A DNA stretch of 64,000 nt, taken from the human T2T-CHM13v2.0 reference genome, Homo sapiens. The translations under genes were made by a program, and so were the position numbers. Under the pieces are notes generated by a model, which did no database searches, was not told the DNA's origin, and saw only the letters and a list, made by a program, of their open reading frames with translations. Position 1 is the stretch's first letter; each line of letters starts with the position of its first letter. Location of the stretch: assembly GCF_009914755.1 (NCBI RefSeq), contig NC_060932.1. The stretch is one strand, 5' to 3'. This document shows, piece by piece, positions 27,338 through 39,319 of the stretch.

Positions 27338-27340
<3 letters not shown>

Positions 27341-27382
<42 letters not shown>
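27341..27382 (+). repeat. (GA)n microsatellite
   Basis: Direct reading. Confidence 0.95.
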
Positions 27383-27383
<1 letters not shown>

Positions 27384-27740
27384 ACTTGCCATGTATCTCT
27401 CCTTTTAGGAAGGAAGATAAATCTATCCTAGATAACCAGGAGTTTCCTTAAATCTCACTGGGCAGAGCTGGCTCACATAGCTGCCCTGCTGCAAAGGAGG
27501 CAGGCAAGCATGCATCTGGCTCATTCAACCTACATAAGTAGAGTCAAGTAAGGGAAAAACCAACTTCAGCATGACTATTGGTAGGCAAACAAAAATGTCT
27601 GCTGCACCCAAACTGTGTAGGTTTGTTGAAGGAATGCATGATCTGCCCTGGGAGTCATAAATAGCTCTAATTGCAGAGCCAGCATCCAGGAGTTTGCAAA
27701 TCTCTAGTCCTCGGGCCTAAGAAAACTTTCTGAACCAAGC

Positions 27741-27840
27741 TGGAAGGGGGAAGAAACAGGCCAGGCAGATTTCAAGGACACCTGCCATTCTGGAAGGGGG
27801 AAGAAAGAGTCTAGGCAGATTTCAAGGACACCTGCCATTC
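27741..27840 (+). repeat. Tandem duplication, 2 x 50 bp
   Basis: TGGAAGGGGGAAGAAA...TTCAAGGACACCTGCCATTC twice, 47/50 identical. Confidence 0.95.
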
Positions 27841-28904
27841 TTCTACACATCACATTTTGCCAGATTTTGCCCTCCATGCCTGGGTCCTCAATGGCCTGTG
27901 ATAATGGAATACTACTATTCACTAGGGCATGGAATTCTGCCACTTACTACAGCTCAGAATTTTATCAACTGTTGATATTGGAATTCTACCCCAAGCAGAT
28001 CTTCCATTTAGCCATCATCCAGGGATCAGAATCTTACCATTCCCAGAACCTCAATCCCCACCCCATTTATTTCTGAGAACTTGAAGGTAGCAAGAAGATG
28101 TCAAATCCCAACCTAGTGAGTCAATGTAATTGATTCCTAGTGAATAGTCAGTTGCCTTGTAACCTCCCAAGATAGCTGTGATTAGAAAACTGGATTCTCA
28201 AAGCTAACTTTGGGTCCACCCATTGCTAAGTCTGTCCCCTCCTCCCCCAGCTCCTCCCTTGGAAATGTCCCAAGACAATGTGCCATGAGATTCATCTTCC
28301 CTTCTACGAGTAATAAGTCCTGCAAGGGGCATGTCAGAAGTGCCCTGACAGGAAAGCCTGGTGACCTGCCAGAGGAACCTTTCACTTTTTTCCGCATGCT
28401 CTGCTCTGTTTCCCTTTTCCTCCTAAAGGGAAAATCTGAAGGCGTTCAGTTTAGTCACCCAGGGTAAGCCGTTTTGACTTGTCGACAGTAAATACTGCTC
28501 TGTCCTAACTCCCCGTGACTGACACACAAGCCTGTTATTTCAACATCACTCTCTGAAACCTCCCTCCAGAAACCTCAAGGCAGTTGTATATGTCGTCAGT
28601 AGGTCTATGGGCCTGGACAAGGCATTCTGGTGTAGTGAAAGTCAACGTCCCTGGAGTCATTCAAACTGAGTTGGACTCTCAAGTCTTCACTTTCCAGCTC
28701 AGGGATATTGGCCGCTTATCCAGTGAGCCTCTTGTTCTCCTCTGTAAAATGGAGATAATAGTGCCTACTTTACTGGATTGTTGTAATTAATAAACATCAT
28801 GCTGGTAAAAGGTTTACACCTGCAATGGTGCCTGGAACAGAGCAAGTGATTTTAGAAAGTATACACATAGAGGTGTGTGTATGTGTGTGTGGTGTATGTG
28901 TGTA

Positions 28905-30015
28905 TACTCATTCATTCATGCATGTATGCATTCAACAAGTACCTCCTGCCTACTAACTGCCTGGTCTTAATCTAGGTGTCGGATATGTAAATAATAAATA
29001 AAATTGTCAAAGTCCCATCTATGTTTTAGAGTGGAAGACGGACAATAAATAAATAGATGTGTATTGTGACAAGTGTCAATAAGAGCTATGAAGGACAACA
29101 AAACATAGTAAAGAGATGAGGAAGGCTGGAGAGGCCAAGGCATCCATTTAAATAAGGTCATCGGGGCAAGGCTCTGAGAGGGTGGCATGGAAGGGAGACC
29201 TGAAAGAAAGGAGGGAGAAACCACATGTTTTCGTTCCTCTCCACACACTGCCACCAAACTATTTCTCCTATAGCCTTCCCAAGCTCAGTAAATGATAATT
29301 CCACTCTAGGAGTTTTCCAGCTCAAAAACCTCACTGTCAGCCTTGACTCCTTCCTTCACACCCATGCCATGCCAACTGTAGATGCAGCCAGCTCTGTGGA
29401 TATCTGGGAAGGAGGCTTCCAGGTGGAGAATAGCAAGGTCAAAGGCTGAAGGGAGGAAGCTCCCTGGCCTGCTGTGGACAGTGAGGAGGCCGAGATGCTA
29501 GAGAAGGACAGTGAGAGAAGGCCAGAGGATCAGCTGAGGTCACTCACCTGGGACTTTGTGGACCAGATTAAGGAATTTTTAGTTTTCCTCTCAGGAAGAA
29601 GGGAAGTCATTGGAGATGTGTGGACAGAGGAGTGTCATGCTCTGAATTGTGTTAGAAAGGAATCACTCTGGCTGCTCTATGGAGAAGAGACTAGAAGGCC
29701 AAGTGCAGAAGCAAGGGATGCATCAGGAGTCTCTAGTGACAGATCAGCTGCGAAGCCATGGTTGCTTGGTCTAGAGTGGCCATAAGAGAATTGATGATAA
29801 GACATTGTTTAAGGGTAAATTTTGAGGCCAGAGTTGGTTGCCGTTGCTGTTGGAATAGGCTTGGATGTGAAAGAAAGGAGTCAAGGCTGACAGTAAGGTT
29901 TTTGACCTGAAAAATTCCTAGATTAGAATTATCATTTACTGAATTGGGGAAAGCTATAAGAAAAGTAGTTTTGTGGTGGTGAGATGGGAATGGGGCAGTG
30001 GAACCAAGAGTTCAT
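28905..30015 (-). mobile_element. L2 fragment carrying an internal inverted duplication
   Basis: CATTCATTCA...CATTCAACAAGTA 3' end, GGATATCTGGGA and GGAGTCAAGGCTGAC motifs. Confidence 0.7.
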
Positions 30016-30348
30016 TCATTGAATAAATATGTTACTGAGACTCTCTTGTGCCAGACGTCTTGCTTAGCACTGGGAATACACTGATGACTAGACAGAAACA
30101 GGCTTTGCTCTCATGAAACACAAGTAGCACAAAGAGACAACATTTATTGAGTCCTTACTAGGAGACAAGCACCATGCTAAGTACTTTTTATTTAATGAAG
30201 CTGACTGTCTGGTAGGAGAGACAGTCATTAAACAAGTAACTATTCAAATATTTATTTAATTATGAGTGGAAAAGTACAGAGCATATCCCTGTGTATAATT
30301 TGGGAAAACTGCTCCCCAGGCTCCTTAGGGAAGGTGATACTGGGCTAG

Positions 30349-30714
<366 letters not shown>

Positions 30715-32894
30715 TGGAGACCACTTCTTTTGCAAGCATGTTGCCTCCCCTCTTATCTCTGGGAGTGGGGAGGACATGACCTTCTGTGTGAGTCCATGGA
30801 TTCAATGATCAGAACCTCCATGACAGAAATTCCAAAGTGGTCTAGAATCTCTGCCCAGGCCATTTCTTGGCATGGCAGGCTATCCTCTCTGCTCCCTGCC
30901 TACCTATCCCACTTGGGCCAATCCAACAGGAAACATCTAGACTGCAGAAGACAACGACTTCTCCCTCTGACCACCACACTTCTACGTGAACCCCATTCCT
31001 AGGCTCCAACTTACCTCTCCAACCCCATTTAAATGTGTTCCATTGAGCCTCTGATCATGTCTCATCTTGTATGATTCTGAAATTTATCTGATTGCTTGTT
31101 TCCCAGCAATACTGCAAACCCCTTGAAGACAGGGATGGGTGCCTTGTTCTGCTTTTGTATCCCCAACAGGCATCACAATGCAAACTGCTCGGGGCTGATA
31201 ACATTTGAGTGAGAGACTGTGAGCCAAAGACCTTGACATCATTTAAGAGAGGATGTTTGGAAAGAAAATCATCTTTTCAACACACAGAATTCAGCCTGAC
31301 TCAGGCTAACCAACATGCCTGTGCAGCTAGGAGATATACCAGAGTGTCAGTTTATTAATTTTCAATGGGGGGAAAGAAGACAAAAGTTTCAGGTTGGTCT
31401 GAGTTGGTGAGTTTCCTTCCCTGAAGCCAAGTCACAGGGGAACCAAATCATGATTGGAAACCATTTTATTTTTATTTTCTCTCTATGAGAAGCTACATTG
31501 GCAGGAATCAGAAAATAATTGAGCTCCTTATGAGGTAGTCTGTTAGAGGACTCATGGTAGCATAAATTGCTATCTATAACTAATGGGGTTATTTCTCCAA
31601 CCTGGGTAACCTTATGACATTGTCCATGTATTTCAAGGCATCCAAATCTCTCCTTTGCTGGAAACGTAACACCACCCACTAGAGCTTACCAGATTAGCCT
31701 CTTTAGGCTGCAAAAGATGCCCAGTAAATGATGAACACACAGACATGGGGTTTTTGCTTCACTAGACATAGCCCAAAGGAACTAATTTATGCTTCCCTTT
31801 TCTTTTTGGCATATTTTGGGAGGCAACCCACCACCATGTTGATTTCAGACTTAAGAAGGAGAAATTGAGGGCCTGGGTGTTCTACAAACAAACTTTATCT
31901 ATAGATAATTAAGTTTCAGACAACTAGCTTCAGCGACTACTAGAAATATCTTCGGATTAGCATCAACAAGAAACTTGAGCATTTAGAAACCATGATGATT
32001 TCAGGCATGCCCACAAGAAATTAAATGTTTCAGCACAAAAGGCAGGTGTTGAGTGTGTAGAACTGTTCAGAGTAAATCATTCTATTCTTTCTGCATAGTC
32101 CTCTATAATTGAAAAAGTCCTTTCAGAACAATTTCGTAGGGAAAGAAAACTTGCATTTTGTGCATCAGCTTTTGTACTTAGGCTTTTACATGTGTTAACA
32201 CTTATGTTCCTTGTGATGGCAGATGAAGAAAATGTAGCTGAGTGAAGTTGAGTGGGTTGCTTATTGTCAACAAGTCCTGAGGGACAGAGTCAGTAATTGA
32301 GATCAGAGTTGGGGGCTCTTGTCCAAGCTTCTCCCACAACCGCATTCTGGGGCACTTCGTGGAGAAATGCCACTCAGCAATCTGCATTCAGCTCTGCTGT
32401 TGCTGTGGTTTTCAAATTGGCTACACATCAAAAAACACGTGAGAATCTTGTCAGCCACAGATTTCTAAGCCTCACCTCAGAGGTTCTGATTCTCTGGGTA
32501 TGGCATGGGCCCCAGAGGTCTAGATTTTTGCATCAGGTAACTATGAATATTCCAGGTCCCTGCCTTCATACAAAGCACCATGAGGTGATAAGTATTACAT
32601 TTTCTTGTTCCTGGTCCTAGGGTTCATATTTAGCTTAATTCTATAAAATAAAAACTTCGGACATTTAACATACCCTGCCTCATTTGATAGGGTTGTCCAT
32701 GAAATTGAGAGACAGTGGAAAACTCATTGATCTTGCTATTTACCATGAGTCGTAGACCTAGTAACTTAGCCTCTCCGAGTTTCAGTGTCTCCATTATTGA
32801 AAGCAGGGCTTATAGTAACTACTCTCTAGAGATATGAAATTCAAATACCATAATATGTGTATTAGCTGTAGTAGTAGCCATTTATCAGAGCAGG

Positions 32895-33088
32895 AGATGA
32901 AGGGCACAGGTTCTATAGCCTGACTGCCTAGAGTCATATCCCAAAGCTTTCAGCTACTAACTGTGTGATCTAAGGGAAGTTACTTAACTGCTCTGTACCT
33001 TAGTGTTATCATCTATAAAATAAGAAATAATAATACTAGTACCAACTCAGAGACTATCAGGAGAAATAAATGAATTAATATGTAAAAG
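32895..33088 (+). mobile_element. MIR
   Basis: TACTAACTGTGTGATCTAAGGGAAGTTACTTAACTGCTCTGTACCTTAGTGTTATCATCTATAAAAT core. Confidence 0.75.
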
Positions 33089-33139
33089 GCTTTGGCTGCA
33101 TCACAGAGAGTTTGGTAAGTTGTGTATTTTCATTAATTT
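33089..33139 (-). mobile_element. Left stub of the inverted L1 ORF2 segment, split off by HERV-H
   Basis: GCTTTGGCTGCATCACAGAGAGTTTGGTAAGTTGTGT continues as L1 antisense sequence after 38908. Confidence 0.75.
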
Positions 33140-33586
33140 TGTCAGGCCTCTGAGCCCAAGCCAAGCCATCCCATCCCCTGTGACTTGAATACCCAGATGG
33201 CCTGAAGTAACTGAAGAATCACAAAAGAAGTGAATATGCCCTGCCCCACCTTAACTGATGACATTCCACCACAAAAGAAGTGAAAATGGCCAGTCCTTGC
33301 CTTAAGTGGTGACATTACCTTGTGAAAATCCTTTTCCTGGCTCATCCTGGCTCAAAAAGCACCCCCACTGAGCACCTTGCGACCCCCACTCCTGCCCGCC
33401 AGAGAACAAACCCCCTTTGACTGTAATTTTCCTTTACCTACCCAAATCCTATAAAACGGCCCCACCCTTATCTCCCTTCGCTGACTCTCTTTTTGGACTC
33501 AGCCCGCCTGCACCCAGGTGAAATAAACAGCCATGTTGCTCACACAAAGCCTGTTTGGTGGTCTCTTCACACGGACGCGCATGAAA
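33140..33586 (+). promoter_or_regulatory. 5' LTR7
   Basis: TGTCAGGCCTCTGAGCCCAAGC...GCGCATGAAA. TATAAAA at 33450, AATAAA at 33522, ACAAAAGAAG at 33221 and 33271. Confidence 0.95.
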
Positions 33587-33588
33587 TT

Positions 33589-33606
33589 TGGTGCTGTGGC
33601 TCGGCT
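33589..33606 (+). other. tRNA-His primer-binding site (degenerate)
   Basis: TGGTGCTGTGGCTCGGCT versus canonical TGGTGCCGTGACTCGGAT (15/18). Confidence 0.85.
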
Positions 33607-34029
33607 CGGGGGACCTCCTTTGGGAGATCAATCCCCTGTCCTCCTGTTCTTTGCTCCATGAGAAACATCCACCTACGACCTCAGGTCCTCAGACCAACCA
33701 GCCCAAGAAACATCTCACCAATTTCAAATCCGGTAAGCAGCCTCTTTTTACTCTCTTCTCCAACCTCCCTCACTATCCCTCAACCTCTTTCTCCTTTCAA
33801 TCTTGGTGCCACACTTCAATGTCTCCCTTAATTTCAATTCCTTTCATTTTCTGGTAGCGACAAAGGAGACACGTTTTATCCGTGGACCCAAAACTCCGGC
33901 GCCGGTCACGGACTGGGAAGGCAGCCTTCCCTTGGTGTTTAATCCTTGCAGGGACGCCTCTCTGATTATACACTCACGTTTCAAGGGTGTCAGACCACAC
34001 GCAGGGACGCCTGCCTTGGTCCTTCACCC

Positions 34030-34350
34030 TTAGCGGCAAGTCCCGCTTTTCTGGGGAAGGGGCAAGTACCCCAACCCCTTCTCTGCTTTTCTGGGGCAGG
34101 GGCAAGTACCCCTCAACCCCTTCTCCTTCACCCTTAGCGGCAAGTCCTGCTTTCCTGGGGGGCAAGAACCCCCCAGTTGCTTATTTCCGCACCCCGACCT
34201 CTTATCTCTGTGTCCCAATCCCTTATTTCCATGCCCCAACCTCGTATCTCTGCACCCCAATCCCTTATTTCCGTGCCCCAACCTCTTATATCTCTGTGCC
34301 CCAATCCCTTATTTCCACACCCCAACCTCTTATCTCTGCACCCCACCCCT
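34030..34350 (+). repeat. HERV-H leader tandem repeats
   Basis: Repeated CCTTAGCGGCAAGTCC and CCCCAACCTCTTATCTCTG/CCCAATCCCTTATTTCC units. Confidence 0.8.
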
Positions 34351-35289
34351 TTTCTGGAAGGTAAGAACCCCCGAACCCCTTCCCTCCATTTCTCTACTCT
34401 CTCTTTTCTCTAGGCTTGCTTCCTTCAGTATAGGCAACCTTCCACCCTCCATTCCTCCTTCTACTCCCTTGGCCTGTGTTCTCAAAAACTTAAAACCTCT
34501 TCAACTCACACCTGACCTAAAACCTAAATGCCTTATTTTCTTCTGCAATGCCACTTGACCCCAATACAAACTCGACAGTAGTTCCAAATAGCCAGAAAAT
34601 GGCACTTTGAATTTTTCCATCCTGCAAGATCTAAATAATTCTTGTTGTAAAATAGGCAAACAGTCCGAGGCGCCTGACGTCCAGGCATTCTTTTACACAT
34701 CAGTCCCTTCCTAGTCTCTGTGCCCAGTACAACTCGTCCCAAATCTTCCTTCTTTCCCTCCCGCCTGTCCCCTCAGTCCCAACCCCAAGCATCGCTGAGT
34801 CTTTCTAATCTTCCTTTTCTACAGACCCATCTGACCTCTCACCTCCTCGCCAGGCCGAGCTAGGTCCCAATTCTTCCTCAGCCTCCGCTCCTCCACCCTA
34901 TAATCTTTTTATCGCCTCCGCTCCTCACACCTGGTCCGGCTTACAGTTTCTTTCCGTGACTAGCCCTCCCTCACCTGCCCAGCAATTTACTCTTAGAAAG
35001 GTGGCTGGAGCTAAAGGCATAGTCAAGGTTAATGCTCCTTTTTCTTTATCCCAAATCAGATAGCGTTTAGGCTCTTTTTCATCAAATATAAAAATCCAGC
35101 CCAGTTCATGACTTGTTTAGCAGCAATACTGAGATACTTTACAGCCCTAGACCCTAAAAGGTCAAAAGGCCGTCTTATTCTCAAAATGCACTTTATTACC
35201 CATTCTGCTCCCGACATTAAATAAAACTCCAAAAATTAAATTCCGGCCCTCAAACCCCATGACAGGATTTAATTAACCTCGCCTTCAAG

Positions 35290-35540
35290 GTGTACAATAA
35301 TAGAAAAAAGTTGCAATTACTTGCCTCCACTGTGAGACAAACCCCAGCCACATCTGCAGCACACAAGAACTTCCAAACGCCTGAACCGCAGCGGCCAGGC
35401 GTTCCTCCAGAACCTCCTCCCCCAGGAGCTTGCTACATGTGCCGGAAATCTGGCCACTGGGCCAAGGAATGCCCGCAGCCTGGGATTCCTCCTAAGCCGT
35501 GTCCCATCTGTGTGGGACCCCACTGAAAATTGGACTGTTC
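35290..35540 (+). pseudogene. HERV-H gag nucleocapsid remnant
   Basis: [18 protein letters not shown] knuckle. The second knuckle CPICVGPH is cut by TGA. Confidence 0.9.
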
Positions 35541-35699
35541 AACTCACCTGGCAGCCACTCCCAGAGCCCCTAGAACGCTGGTCCAAGGCTCTCTGACTGA
35601 CTCCTTCCCAGATCTTCTCGGCTTAGCAGCTGAAGACTGACACTGCCTGATTGCCTCGGAAGCCCCCTAGACCATCACGGACGCCAAGCTTTGGGTTAC

Positions 35700-37860
35700 T
35701 CTCACAGTGGAAGGTAAGCCCGTCCCCTTCTTAATCAATACGGAGGCTACCCACTCCACATTACCTTCTTTTCAAGGGCCTGTTTCCCTTGCCTCCATAA
35801 CTGTTGTGGGTATTGACAGCCAGGCTTCTAAACCTCTTAAAACTCCCCAACTCTGGTGCCAACTTAGACAATACTCTTTTAAGCACTCCTTTTTAGTTAT
35901 CCCCACCTGCCCAGTTCCCTTATTAGGCTGAGACACTTTAACTAAATTATCTGCTTCCCTGACTATTCCTGGACTACAGCTATATCTCATTGCCGCCCTT
36001 CTTCCCAATCCAAAGCCTCCTTGCGTCCTCCTCTTGTATCCCCCGACCCTAACCCACAAGTATAAGATACCTCTACTCCCTCCTTGGTGACCCCTTACCA
36101 TCTCATTAAAACCTAATCACCCTTACCCCACTCAACGCCAATATCCCATCCCGCAGCACGCTTTAAAAAGATTAAAGCCTGTTATCACTCACCTGCTACA
36201 GCATGGCCTTTTAAAACCTATAAACTCTCCTTACAATTCCCCCATTTTACCTGTCCTAAAACCAGACAAGCCTTACAAGTTAGTTCAGGATCTGCGCCTT
36301 ATCAACCAAATTGTTTTGCCTATCCCCCCTGTGGTGCCCAACCCGTACCCTCTTTTGTCCTCAATACCTTCCTCCACAACTCACTATTCCGTGCTTGATC
36401 TTAAAGATGCTTTTTTCACTATTCCCCTGCACCCCTCGTCCCAGCCTCTCTTTGCTTTCACTTAGACTGACCCTGAGACCCATTAGGCTCAGCAAATTAC
36501 CTAGGCTGTACTGCTGCAAGACTTCACAGACAGCCCCCATTACTTCAGTCAAGCCCAAATTTTATCCTCATCTGTTACCTATCTCGGCATAATTCTCATA
36601 AAAACACATGTGCTCTCCCTGCCAATCGTGTCCGACTGATCTCTCAAACCCAAGCACCTTCTACAAAACAACAACTCCTTTCCTTCCTAGGCATGGTTAA
36701 CGTGGTCAGAATTCTTACACAACAACCAGGACCACACCGTATAGCCTTTCTGTCCAAACAACTTGACCTTACTGTTTTAGCCTAGCCCTCATATCTTCAT
36801 GCAGCGGCTGCCGCTGCTTTAATACTTTTAGAGGCCCTCAAAATCACAAACTATGCTCAACTCACTCTCTACAGTTCTCATAACTTCCAAAATCTATTTT
36901 CTTCCTCATACCTGACGCATATACTTTCTGCTTCCCGGCTCCTTCAGCTGTACTCACTCTTTGTTGAGTCTCCCACAATTACCGTTGTTCCTGGCCCAGA
37001 CTTCAGTCCGGCCTCCCACATTATTCCTGATACCACACCTGACCCCCATGACAGTATCTCTCTGATCCACCTGACATTCACCCCATTTCCCCAAATTTCC
37101 TTCTTTCCTGTTCCTCACCCTGATCACGCTTGATTTATTGATGGCGGTTCCACCAGGCCTAATCGCCACACACCAGCAAAGGCAGGCTATGCTATAGTAC
37201 AAGCCACTAGCCTGCCTCTTAGAACCTCTCATTTCCTTTCCATCGTGGAAATCTATCCTCAAGGAAATAACTTCTCAGTGTTCCATCTGCTATTCTACTA
37301 CTCCTTAGGGATTATTCAGGCCCCCTCCCTTCCCTACACATCAAGCTCGAGGATTTGCCCCACCCAGGACTGGCAAATTAGCTTTACTCAACATGCCCTG
37401 AGTCAGATAACTAAAATACCTCTTAGTCTAGGTAGATACTTTCACTGGATAGGTAAAGTCCTTTCCTACAGGGTCTGAGAAGGCCACCGCAGTCATTTCT
37501 TCCGTTCTGTCAGACATAATTCCTCGGTTAAGCCTTCCCACCTCAATACAGTGTGATAACAGATGAGCCTTTATTAGTCAAATCAGCCAAGCAGTTTTTC
37601 AGGCTCTTAGTATTCAGTGAAACCTTTATATCTCTTACGGTCCTCCGTCTTCAAGAAAAGTAGAATGGACTAAAGGTCTTTTAAAAACACACCTCACCAA
37701 GCTCAGCCACCAAAAAGGACTGGACAATACTTTTACCACTTTCCCTTCTCAGAATTCTGGCCTGTCCTCGGAATGCTACAGGGTACAGCCCATTTAAGCT
37801 CCTGTATAGACGCTCCTTTTTATTAGGCCCCAGTCTCATTCCAGACACCAGACCAACTTA
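35700..37860 (+). pseudogene. HERV-H pro-pol remnant (protease, RT, RNase H, integrase), disrupted
   Basis: FLINTEATHS (catalytic DTG lost), SPYNSPILPVLKPDK, YSVLDLKDAFFTIPLHP, with many stops and frameshifts. Confidence 0.9.
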
Positions 37861-38451
37861 GACTGTGCCCCCAAAAAAACTTGTCAACCCTACTATCTTC
37901 TGTCTAGTCATACTCCTATTCACTGTTCTCAACTACTCATACATGCCCTGCTCTTGTTTACACTGCCGGTTTACACTGTTTTTCCAAGCCATCACAGCTG
38001 ATATCTCCTGGTGCTATCCCCAAACTGCCACTCTTAACTCTTGAAGTAAATAAATAATCTTTGCTGGCAGGACTATGCTGAATCTCCTTAGGCACTCTCT
38101 AATCGGATATCCTGAGTTGTCCCAATTCTTAGACCTTTTATACCTGTTTTTCTCCTTCTGTTATTCCATTTAGTTTCTCAATTCATCCAAAACCGTATTC
38201 AGGCCATCACCAATCATTCTATACGACAAACGTTTCTTCTAACATCCCCACAATATCACCCCTTACCACAAGACCTCCCTTCAGCTTAGTCTCTCCCACT
38301 CTAGGTTCCCACGCTGCCCCTAATCCTGCTTGAAGCAGCCCTGAGAAACATCGCCCATTCTCTGTCCATATCACCCCCCAAAAATTTTAGCCACCCCAAC
38401 ACTTCAACACCATTTTGTTTTATTTTTCTTATTAATATAAGAAGGCAGGAA

Positions 38452-38903
38452 TGTCAGGCCTCTGAGCCCAAGCCAAGCCATCCCATCCCCTGTGACTTGC
38501 ACATATACGCCCAGATGGCCTGAAGTAACTGAAGAATCACGAAAGAAGTGAATATGCCCTGCCCCACCTTAACTGATGACATTCCACCACAAAAGAAGTG
38601 AAAATGGCCGGTCCTTGCCTTAAGTGATGACATTACCTTGTGAAAGTCCTTTTCCTGGCTCATCCTGGCTCAAAAACCACCCCCACTGAGCACCTTGTGA
38701 CCCCCACTCCTGCCCGCCAGAGAACAAACCCCCTTTGACTGTAATTTTCTTTACCTACCCAAATCCTATAAAACGGCCCCAACCTTATCTCCCTTCGCTG
38801 ACTCTCTTTTCGGACTCAGCCTGCCTGCACCCAGGTGAAATAAACAGCCATGTTGCTCACACAAAGCCTGTTTGGTGGTCTCTTCACACAGACATGCGTG
38901 AAA
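38452..38903 (+). promoter_or_regulatory. 3' LTR7 preceded by PPT AAGAAGGCAGGAA
   Basis: About 97% identical to the 5' LTR by hand alignment. Confidence 0.95.
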
Positions 38904-38908
38904 AATTT

Positions 38909-39316
38909 CAAATAATATTTTATTTTTGCCTTAATTTTGATGTTTGCCCAGGAGTTATTCAGGAGTAAATTGTTTAATTTTAAAGTATTTGTATAGTTTT
39001 AAGAGCTCTTCCTGATATTGATTACTATTATTATTGCACTGTGATCCCAGAGTGTGCTTGGTATTATTTCAATTTTTTAATTTATTGAGACTTGCTTTAT
39101 GATCAAGCATGTAATGGACCTTAGAATACATTTTTTTTGTGCAGATGAGAAGAATGAATATTCTGTTATTGTTGGGTGAAGTGCTGTGTAGATGTCTATG
39201 AGGTCCAATTGGTCAAGTGTTGGGTTTAAATCTAGAGTCTCTTTGTTGGTTTTCTGCCTTGATAATCTGTCTAATACCGTCAGTGGGATGTTGAAGTCTT
39301 TTACTATTACTGTTTT
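38909..39316 (-). mobile_element. Inverted L1 ORF2 endonuclease segment
   Basis: Minus-strand translation VIVKDFNIPLTVLDRLSRQKTNKETLDLNPTLDQLDLIDIY matches the L1 EN domain. Confidence 0.92.
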
Positions 39317-39319
39317 CAT

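Larger units (their letters stand above)
33140..38903 (+). mobile_element. HERV-H provirus (5.76 kb, common internally deleted type) with two LTR7
   Basis: Two LTRs, 5-bp TSD AATTT (33135-33139 and 38904-38908), His PBS, PPT, and gag/pro/pol remnants. Confidence 0.97.

Noticed and set aside
34170-34350. CRISPR-like repeat array
   Set aside because: Degenerate HERV-H leader repeats without unique spacers, in human DNA.
33142-38968. Functional HERV-H gag/pro/pol/env proteins
   Set aside because: Multiple stops and frameshifts, protease DTG changed to NTE, no YxDD seen, and env largely deleted.
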